A stretch of 64,000 bases of DNA from contig DATBHE010000074.1 of assembly GCA_036557605.1 (NCBI GenBank), positions 17,671-81,670 of the forward strand. The letters are read 5' to 3'. The stretch is from Pseudolabrys sp. (GTDB lineage Bacteria > Pseudomonadota > Alphaproteobacteria > Rhizobiales > Xanthobacteraceae). The notes under the pieces are model-generated. The model had not been told where the DNA came from. It saw nothing but the letters and a program-made list of their open reading frames with translations, and searched no databases. Position numbers and translations under genes: made by a program. Positions 56,860 through 64,000 of this stretch are shown piece by piece; within the stretch, counting starts at the first letter, position 1; each line of letters starts with the position of its first letter.

Positions 56860-58500
56860 ATGAGCGCGCCTGCCCCGGTCGTTTCACCTTACAACCACAC
56901 ACCGCTGTTTCCGCTGGGGCCGGACCAGACGCCTTACCGAAAGCTCGATGTCGGTGGTGTCAAAGTCGAAAAGGTGATGGGCAAGGACATGCTGATGATC
57001 GAGCGCGAAACGTTGCGCGCTCTCTCGGAGACCGCGTTTACCGATATCAATCATTTGTTGCGGCCCGCGCACCTCAAGCAGTTGCGCAGGATTCTTGACG
57101 ACCCAGAGGCATCCGATAACGATAAATTCGTCGCCTACGATTTTCTCAAGAACGCCAATATCGCCGCCGGCGGTGTGCTCCCGATGTGCCAGGACACCGG
57201 TACGGCCATCATCATGGGCAAGAAGGGCCGCATGGTTTTCACTGCGGGCGACGACGAGGCCGCGCTTGCTGAGGGCGCTCGAGACGCCTACCTGAAAAAA
57301 AATCTGCGCTATTCGCAGCTCGCGCCGATCTCCATGTTCGAGGAGAAAAATACAAAATCCAACATGCCGGCGCAGGTCGAGATCTATGCGGAAGGGGAGG
57401 ATGCCTACAAGCTTCTATTCATCGCCAAGGGAGGCGGTTCGGCCAACAAGGCGTTTTTGTTTCAGGCCACGCCGTCGATCCTCACGCCTGACCGCATGCT
57501 CGCTTTTTTAAAAGAAAAAGTGCTTACGTTGGGCACTGCTGCATGCCCGCCTTATCATCTCGCCATCGTCATCGGGGGCACGTCTGCGGAACTCACGATG
57601 AAGACCGTGAAGCTTGCCTCAACCAAATATCTCGACGAACTGCCGACCAAGGGCAGCGAGGATGGCCATGCCTTCCGCGATCTCGAGATGGAGGCGGAGG
57701 TGCTGAAGATGACTCAGTCGACCGGCGTCGGTGCGCAGTTCGGCGGGAAGTACTTCTGCCACGATGTGCGCGTGATCCGCCTGCCACGACATGGCGCATC
57801 ATTGCCGATCGGGCTCGGCGTGTCCTGCGCGGCCGACCGGCAGGCATTGGGCAAGATCACAAAAGACGGCGTTTTCCTAGAGGAGCTCGAGCATCACCCC
57901 GCGCAGTATTTGCCCGACGTCGACCAGGAAAAGCTCGGCGGGCAGGTGGTGAAAGTCGACCTGCGCCGGCCGATGAAGGAAATCCTCGCGCAGCTTTCGA
58001 AATATCCGGTGAAGACACGGCTGTCGCTGACGGGCACCATGATCGTCGCGCGCGATCTCGCGCATGCCAAGTTGCGCGAGCGGCTGGAAGCAGGGAAGGG
58101 GATGCCCGAGTATTTCAAGAATCATCCGATCTACTATGCGGGTCCGGCGAAGACGCCGCAGGGCTACGCCTCCGGTTCGTTTGGCCCGACGACTGCGGGG
58201 CGAATGGACAGCTACATCGATCAATTTCAAGCTGCCGGTGGCTCAATGATCTCGCTCGCCAAAGGCAACCGGTCCGCGCAGGTGCGCGATGCATGCAAGA
58301 AGCACGGTGGCTTCTACCTGGCCTCCATCGGGGGTAGTGCTGCAAAGCTTGCGCAGCAATGCATTAAGAAGGTCGAGGTGCACGAATATCCCGAGCTCGG
58401 CATGGAAGCGATCTGGAAAATCGAGGTCGAGGATTTTCCGGCTTTCATCGTTATCGACGACAAAGGCAATGACTTCTTCAGGGAATTGAACCTGGGCTAA
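56860..58500 (+). CDS. fumA: Class I (Fe-S) fumarate hydratase
   Basis: [42 protein letters not shown]. Confidence 0.95.
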   Translation: MSAPAPVVSPYNHTPLFPLGPDQTPYRKLDVGGVKVEKVMGKDMLMIERETLRALSETAFTDINHLLRPAHLKQLRRILDDPEASDNDKFVAYDFLKNANIAAGGVLPMCQDTGTAIIMGKKGRMVFTAGDDEAALAEGARDAYLKKNLRYSQLAPISMFEEKNTKSNMPAQVEIYAEGEDAYKLLFIAKGGGSANKAFLFQATPSILTPDRMLAFLKEKVLTLGTAACPPYHLAIVIGGTSAELTMKTVKLASTKYLDELPTKGSEDGHAFRDLEMEAEVLKMTQSTGVGAQFGGKYFCHDVRVIRLPRHGASLPIGLGVSCAADRQALGKITKDGVFLEELEHHPAQYLPDVDQEKLGGQVVKVDLRRPMKEILAQLSKYPVKTRLSLTGTMIVARDLAHAKLRERLEAGKGMPEYFKNHPIYYAGPAKTPQGYASGSFGPTTAGRMDSYIDQFQAAGGSMISLAKGNRSAQVRDACKKHGGFYLASIGGSAAKLAQQCIKKVEVHEYPELGMEAIWKIEVEDFPAFIVIDDKGNDFFRELNLG

Positions 58501-58534
58501 CGAGTCGCGGGTGTTGTACGACGCGCAAAATGAA

Positions 58535-58566
58535 GCGGCGGCCCTTTTGGGCCGCCGCAGCTTTTT
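58535..58566 (+). terminator. Rho-independent terminator after the fumarase gene
   Basis: GCGGCGGCCC-tttt-GGGCCGCCGC then AGCTTTTT. Confidence 0.75.
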
Positions 58567-58717
58567 CAAACTTCCAGTCCTACTGGAAAAGTTTCATTGC
58601 ATTGATCAACGTTTGCAGAACGCCGAGGGTTAGCGGGATACCCACGAATCCCCAAGCCAACGCAAGTTGCAACGTTGTAGTGCCTTCCTGATTCTGGTTC
58701 GACATGTGCGTTTCTCC

Positions 58718-60118
58718 TTACGCCCTAGCCGCGGCTGGCGCGGTCGTCGGATCCTTGGCACGAGCATCATTCGCTTTCATGTGGAAACGCGCGTCGACTG
58801 CTTTGACAAGGAAATTGCAGATAAAGCCGATTACCAGCAGGCCCGCCATGATGTACATGGTCGTGTTGTAGGCCTGCGCCTTCGGCACCCCGTGCGTGAT
58901 GTTGTACTCGCGAATGTAGTTCACGAGCACCGGACCGAAGATGCCGGCCATCGACCACGCCGTCAGCAAGAGGCCGTGAATGGCGCCAACGTAACGCGTG
59001 CCAAACATGTCCTTCAGGTAGGCAGGCACTGTTGAGAAGCCGCCGCCATACATGCTGATGATGATCAGGAAAGCGCAGACGAATCCGACCACGCTGCCGA
59101 TAGAGCCGGTGTACGGCACGAGGCAGTAAAGGAAGAAGCCGAGCACCATGAACACGAAGTAAGTGTTGCGGCGGCCGATGTAGTCCGACGTGGAGGCCCA
59201 GAAAAAGCGGCCGCCCATGTTGAAAAGACTCATCAGGCCGACAAAGCCCGCAGCCGCCACCGGCGTGATGTGCCCGGGGAACATCTCCTGGCTCATCGCG
59301 GAGGCCTGTCCGAGCACGCCGATGCCAGCCGTCACGTTAAGGCAGAGTACCCACCAGATCAGCCAGAACTGCGGCGTCTTCAACGCGTCATAGACGAATA
59401 CGTCGTTCTTGGTGATCAATTTCTGCGCCTGCACCGGTGGTGTGTAACCTTCCGGCTTCCAGCCAGGGGCCGGCACACGCACGATGATCGAACCCACGAT
59501 CATGAAGAAGAAGTATACGACACCGAGCACGATGAAGGTTTCGGCAACGCCGACATGCGTGGCGGTCGTGAACTTGCTCATCAACCAAACCGAAAGCGGT
59601 GAGGCAATGAACGCGCCTCCGCCGAAGCCCATGATAGCCATGCCCGTCGCCATGCCGGGGCGATCGGGAAACCATTTGATCAGGGTTGATACCGGAGAAA
59701 TGTATCCGATGCCGAGAGCAATACCGCCAAGCACGCCGTAACCCAGGTAGATGATCCATAGCGTGTGCGCATAGACACCTACCGCTGAGATGAAAAAGCC
59801 ACCTGCCCAGCATAATGCGGCAGTGAACATTGCCCGGCGCGGGCCGCCTTCCTCAACCCAACGACCGAAGACCGCCGACGAAACGCCAAGAAAAAAAATG
59901 GCAATCGAGAATATCCAGCCAAGCTGGGTGAGCTTCCAGTCATTAGGCGCGGACTGGCTTATGCCGATAAGCTTGGTCATCGGCAGATTGAAAACACTGT
60001 AGGCGTACGCTTGCCCGATGCACAGGTGAACGCATAACGCAGCTGGCGGCACCATCCAGCGGCTATATCCCGGTTTTGCGACCGTGTGCTCTCGGTCGAG
60101 GAATGACAGTACACCCAT
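58718..60118 (-). CDS. OFA family MFS transporter (OxlT-like oxalate/formate exchanger family)
   Basis: HLCIGQAYAYSVF, LIKWFPDRPGMATG, YGGGFST.PAYL.DMFG. Confidence 0.88.
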   Translation of the reverse strand: MGVLSFLDREHTVAKPGYSRWMVPPAALCVHLCIGQAYAYSVFNLPMTKLIGISQSAPNDWKLTQLGWIFSIAIFFLGVSSAVFGRWVEEGGPRRAMFTAALCWAGGFFISAVGVYAHTLWIIYLGYGVLGGIALGIGYISPVSTLIKWFPDRPGMATGMAIMGFGGGAFIASPLSVWLMSKFTTATHVGVAETFIVLGVVYFFFMIVGSIIVRVPAPGWKPEGYTPPVQAQKLITKNDVFVYDALKTPQFWLIWWVLCLNVTAGIGVLGQASAMSQEMFPGHITPVAAAGFVGLMSLFNMGGRFFWASTSDYIGRRNTYFVFMVLGFFLYCLVPYTGSIGSVVGFVCAFLIIISMYGGGFSTVPAYLKDMFGTRYVGAIHGLLLTAWSMAGIFGPVLVNYIREYNITHGVPKAQAYNTTMYIMAGLLVIGFICNFLVKAVDARFHMKANDARAKDPTTAPAAARA

Positions 60119-60269
60119 TGATCGATATCTCCCCTTAGGCTCTTTATGTTTGTTAAGAGCTACGCGATTGCGGCAGGCAATCAGAAAATGTGCACGCCTT
60201 CGCATCAAGCAGGTAAACGCAATCCTGCTATTGCAAAGTGCAATCGGCGTTTGATGTGGGCTGACTTGT

Positions 60270-61172
60270 CTAGGCGGCGGGCAGCAATCCGTGTGGCGCG
60301 CGTGCTCTCGCTTCTTCGATTAGCGAGGTGAGGGCCGGTTGGACGGGATAGCGGTCAGAGACGACGAGTCCGATCGTGTGGAAAACATCGGGTTCGACAA
60401 TCGGAATGGCACGCAACGCGTCGGTCAATTCAACGGACTCGAGAGCCGAATTGGGAACAATGCTTGCCCATTGGCCAACGCGTACATGTGCCATCAACGC
60501 GCTCAAGGAATCGGTTTCCAATACCGGCGTTGGTTCAATGCCGATACGCCTGAGAATACTGTCTACAATGCGCCGGCTCTGCAGGTCACGGCCCAGGAGA
60601 CACAGAGGAGTTTCGGCGGCTTGCGCCCATGTGACACGATCTGCGGTCCCGAGCGGACCCGACTCAGTTGTCAGCAAAAGATATTCTTCCCGATAGATCG
60701 GAATTGCGCTGACATCCCCAATCGGTTCGTTACTCAGGTAGGTGACGCCAGCATCGATCTCTCGTTGGCGCAACATGTTGAGAAGCACTGTCGACGTTCG
60801 CCCAAGAACGGTGAAGCGGATATTCGGATGGCGCGCCTGCAAGGGAACAGTGAGCTTGGCGACAAGCGGCATCGCAGAGTGAATTGCGGCGATGCGCAGA
60901 TGAGACTCCGCGCCGTCCTTAAGGCCGAGGATATCCTGGCGCATTGCGCGTGCATCGCCGACGAGACGATGAGCCCAGAGCAGTACGCGTTCGCCTTCAG
61001 GCGTGAATCCCTGAAAGCGGGAAGCGCGTTTTACTAATGGCGTGTTGAGGGTCTGCTCGAGGCTTTGAATACCGAGTGAAAGAGTTGGCTGAGCGACGCC
61101 GCAACTTTCGGCAGCGCGTCCGAAATGTTGCTCTCGTGCGAGCGCTATCATGAATTCCAGCTTTTCAAGCAT
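60270..61172 (-). CDS. LysR family transcriptional regulator
   Basis: HFGRAAESCGVAQPTLS HTH; start MLEKLEF at 61172. Confidence 0.93.
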   Translation of the reverse strand: MLEKLEFMIALAREQHFGRAAESCGVAQPTLSLGIQSLEQTLNTPLVKRASRFQGFTPEGERVLLWAHRLVGDARAMRQDILGLKDGAESHLRIAAIHSAMPLVAKLTVPLQARHPNIRFTVLGRTSTVLLNMLRQREIDAGVTYLSNEPIGDVSAIPIYREEYLLLTTESGPLGTADRVTWAQAAETPLCLLGRDLQSRRIVDSILRRIGIEPTPVLETDSLSALMAHVRVGQWASIVPNSALESVELTDALRAIPIVEPDVFHTIGLVVSDRYPVQPALTSLIEEARARAPHGLLPAA

Positions 61173-61591
61173 TGACGATCCGCCCTGATATTGCCGATTT
61201 TTGCCCCGGCGCACCCTATTCTTTGAAAACAGCGAGTGTAAAGGCAGCCGGTTCCGGTCCGTTAATGGGCGACATGAGTGCTGTCGCGACTTTCATTGGC
61301 GAATACAATCACATTATTCGATTTATCTATGTTGACGTATTGGTCGAAAGTTTAACTCAGCGTCAGTCTGCGACTGCGTATCGCCGATGCTCGAATACCT
61401 TCCGCGGACTGCATCGACGAAAGTGGCATTGACCGGAACCCGATCACAGTCGGCAATGCAGCCTCGAAATGGTATTTGGCGACTTGCATCGTTGTGCAGC
61501 GGTGCGGGATTCGATGCATTCGATAGAGCAACGATAAAAGCCAAAAAATTCGGGGGCGACTCGAATTTTGTTTCAACGGGAGGAAGAAAAA

Positions 61592-62944
61592 ATGTCACGC
61601 ACGCATGATTCCGGCGCAGTATCGCGCCGGACACTGTTGCAGGCCGGCGCCGGCTTGGCGGGCGGCGCACTGTTGCCGTCCGCTTTCCCGCTTCCGGCCT
61701 TCGCCGTCGGCGATCAGCCGCCGATCGGCACCTGGCCGGAGGGCTCGAAGGGTAGTTCTGTCACAGTCAGCATCGCGGTGCCTCGCACCGGTACGTATGC
61801 CGTGCAAGGAGAAGACGAACTCAAGGGCTGGCAGCTTGCCGTCGAGCACATCAATTCGGGTCATGAGTTGATCCGCAAGATCTCGCCGAAAACTAAGAAG
61901 GGTGTGCTCGGCAAGGAAGTAAAAATTGTCGTCGCCGACTCGGGCGCCAAGCCGAACACGGCGGTGCAGGCGCACCAGCACGCCATCACCGAGAACAAGG
62001 CCGTGCTGCTCACGGGCTCGACTTCCTCGGCCGTGGCGGTGGCGACCAACAAGCTCGCGCAACGCGAGCATGTGCTTTACGTCTCCGGCATTTCCGGCTC
62101 GAACGACACCACCGGCAAGGACTGCGTGCGTTATGGTTTCCGCCAGAACTTCTATGGCGAAACCGCGGCCAACGCGATCGGCCCGGTGCTCGTCAAGGCC
62201 TTTGGAAAGAACAAGAAGGCGGCGTTCATGACGCCGGACTACACCTACGGTCACACCGTCACCAAGTCGGTCAACGAGTACCTGACCAAGAACGCCGGTT
62301 GGCAGCAGGTCACCGACCAGGTGTCGCCGCTGGGTACGCAGGACTTCAGCCAGTATCTGACGAACATCGCAAACTCCGGCGCCGAGTTCATCATCAATGT
62401 GAACTGGGGCCGTGACGCGGTGCTCTCGGTGCAGCAGGCGAAACAGTTCGGCCTCACGCCGAAGATGAAGATGGTCATCCCGTACCAGATCCCATTCCTG
62501 GCGAAGGAAGCCGGTCCAGAGTTGATGGCAGGCGTTTTTGCGGCCACCGACTATTGGTGGACGCTGGAAGACAAATATCCGCTGGCAAAGATTTTCAACG
62601 CGGAGTTCGTCAAGAAATACGGCTACCATCCCGAGTGGGGCGCGGAGAATGCCTACACCAGCTTCGCGCACTGGGCCCGTATGGTCGAAGAGGCGGGCAC
62701 GTTCTATCCGCCGGCGATCATCAAGCAGTACGAAAAGGGCGAAACCATTCCATCGTTGGTTGGCGATGTGCACTATCGTCCGCAGGACCACCAGTGTGTT
62801 CGTCCCGTCGTCATCGTCCGCGGCAAGGCGCCGAAGGACATGAAGAACAAGGAAGACTTCTGGGAAGTCCTGGAAGTTGTGCCTGGGGCGCCATTGATGC
62901 AGAAGCCCGACGCGTTCGGCTGCAATCTCGGCGACTACGTATGA
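61592..62944 (+). CDS. ABC transporter substrate-binding protein (LivK/amide-type), Tat-exported
   Basis: SRRTLL twin-arginine signal; VAVPRTGTYA..GEDE, DYTYGH, VNWG. Confidence 0.88.
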   Translation: MSRTHDSGAVSRRTLLQAGAGLAGGALLPSAFPLPAFAVGDQPPIGTWPEGSKGSSVTVSIAVPRTGTYAVQGEDELKGWQLAVEHINSGHELIRKISPKTKKGVLGKEVKIVVADSGAKPNTAVQAHQHAITENKAVLLTGSTSSAVAVATNKLAQREHVLYVSGISGSNDTTGKDCVRYGFRQNFYGETAANAIGPVLVKAFGKNKKAAFMTPDYTYGHTVTKSVNEYLTKNAGWQQVTDQVSPLGTQDFSQYLTNIANSGAEFIINVNWGRDAVLSVQQAKQFGLTPKMKMVIPYQIPFLAKEAGPELMAGVFAATDYWWTLEDKYPLAKIFNAEFVKKYGYHPEWGAENAYTSFAHWARMVEEAGTFYPPAIIKQYEKGETIPSLVGDVHYRPQDHQCVRPVVIVRGKAPKDMKNKEDFWEVLEVVPGAPLMQKPDAFGCNLGDYV

Positions 62945-62953
62945 TGTGAATGG

Positions 62954-62982
62954 ATCCACCTCCGCCTGGGGCGGGGGTGGAT
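62954..62982 (+). other. Intercistronic stem-loop after the SBP gene
   Basis: ATCCACCTCCGCC-tgg-GGCGGGGGTGGAT (13 bp, one G-U). Confidence 0.6.
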
Positions 62983-63128
62983 TTTCTGCGTCACGGCCGG
63001 AAATCGCGAGCGACCGTAAGGCCGCCGATGTTTGCCCCGGCCGTGAACGCATCGTTTGCCGCGAAGAAATCGTTGAGGCCGACTGTCAGGTCGGGCGAGG
63101 CGATTGCGGGCACGAATGGGACGGCATC

Positions 63129-64000
63129 GTGATAAACTGGGGCAACTTCATCTCGCAGTGCTTCAACGGGCTGGTGCTTGGCGCCTTGCTTGCGCTGATC
63201 TCCTCCGGCCTGACCATCATTTACGGCACGCTCGGCGTCCTTAACCTCGCACATGGTGCTATGTTCATGCTGGGCGGTTACGCCGGCTGGCTTGCATACA
63301 GTTATACTGGCTCATTCCTCGTTGCAGTGGCCGCCGGATCGCTGTTCGTAATGGTGGTCGGCATTGTCGTAGAGCGGGTGATCATCCGCCATTTCTACAG
63401 TCGTCCGCACGAGGATCAGCTGCTCGTGACCTTCGGTCTCGGGATCGTATTCGTCGAAGCAGTCCGGTTCTTTTTCGGCAGCCTGTCCAAAATGATGCCG
63501 CCGCCTTCATCGCTCGTCGGCATCGTGAACCTGGGCTTCATGTTCTACCCGACCTACCGCATCGCGCTGCTGGGCATCGTTGCCGTTGCGCTGATTGCGC
63601 TCTACATCGTGCTTTACCGCACCCGCATCGGCATGATCGTGCGCGCCGGCATCGAAGATGCGGTGATGGTCGATTCGCTCGGCATTGATGTCTACAAAAT
63701 CTTCATGCTGGTGTTCGGCATAGGCTCGATGGCGGCGGGCTTCGCGGGCATCGTGAACGCGCCAGTCGTGGCAATCGCTCCCGATGTTGGTGAGTCGATC
63801 CTGGTGCAGACTTTCGTGGTGGTTGTGATCGGCGGTGTCGGCTCGTTCCCCGGCGCGGTGCTTGGTGGATTGATCGCCGGCCAGATCATCAGCATCACGT
63901 CGATGATCGATCCCGCTTACTCCTACGTCATGCTTTTTGCGGCGATGGTCGTGGTCTTGGTTGTCCGCCCGTACGGACTGCTAGGCACCAAAGGCCGCGA
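63129..64000 (+). CDS. LivH-like ABC permease (runs off the window end; not in the ORF track)
   Basis: GTG start; MINWGNFISQCFNGLVLGALLALISSGLTIIYGTLGVLNLAHG...VVIGGVGSFPG...RPYGLLG. Confidence 0.9.
   Translation, partial: MINWGNFISQCFNGLVLGALLALISSGLTIIYGTLGVLNLAHGAMFMLGGYAGWLAYSYTGSFLVAVAAGSLFVMVVGIVVERVIIRHFYSRPHEDQLLVTFGLGIVFVEAVRFFFGSLSKMMPPPSSLVGIVNLGFMFYPTYRIALLGIVAVALIALYIVLYRTRIGMIVRAGIEDAVMVDSLGIDVYKIFMLVFGIGSMAAGFAGIVNAPVVAIAPDVGESILVQTFVVVVIGGVGSFPGAVLGGLIAGQIISITSMIDPAYSYVMLFAAMVVVLVVRPYGLLGTKGR

Noticed and set aside
61595-63052. 485-aa antisense ORF over the ABC substrate-binding gene
   Set aside because: Shadow ORF produced by strong GC3 codon bias of the real gene; the translation has no recognisable motifs and mirrors the sense frame.
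1-64000. tRNA, rRNA, IS/transposase, integrase, phage structural or defence-system genes
   Set aside because: None recognised in the ORF translations or intergenic sequences by eye; a tRNAscan/Infernal/ISEScan run would be needed to exclude short elements.

Overview
This 64-kb window is chromosomal DNA of a Hyphomicrobiales alphaproteobacterium (Bradyrhizobium/Pseudolabrys-like gene order; taxon inferred from gene content). I found no CRISPR array, rRNA, tRNA, IS element or phage structural gene. Layout: (i) 0.3-6 kb metabolic genes, a GT39-like glycosyltransferase and Fe-SOD. (ii) 7-17 kb a conserved cell-cycle/envelope block: mucR, a split gafY/gafZ-like GTA activator pair, sufE, DUF5330, a PG-binding protein, DUF1491, DUF2336, DUF1254/DUF1214, a class A PBP and ycgN. 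(iii) 21-48 kb a polar flagellar cluster (flgI/J/N, fliX, dksA, flgHAGF, fliLM, DUF6468-motE-TPR, fliPO, flgBC-fliEQR-flhB) ending in cckA, interrupted by a uronate TRAP/GntR/udh module and carrying CtrA boxes, sigma54 promoters and ftr-like sites. (iv) 48-64 kb accessory genes: PilZ, Csp, cupins, an endostatin-like secreted protein, a membrane GGDEF protein, GST, a SET-domain protein, class I fumarase, an OFA transporter, LysR and an ABC transporter. Best leads: an unannotated 47-aa ORF at 10064-10207 that looks like the fused N- and C-termini of an internally deleted divJ kinase gene; a diguanylate cyclase whose sensor resembles a VUT/YhhQ (queuosine-precursor) transporter; a possible PflA/FlbB-like motor scaffold module; and a glycosyltransferase with no canonical start that lies in frame behind the sodB amber stop. 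Family assignments come from motif recognition and remembered synteny; no searches were run.
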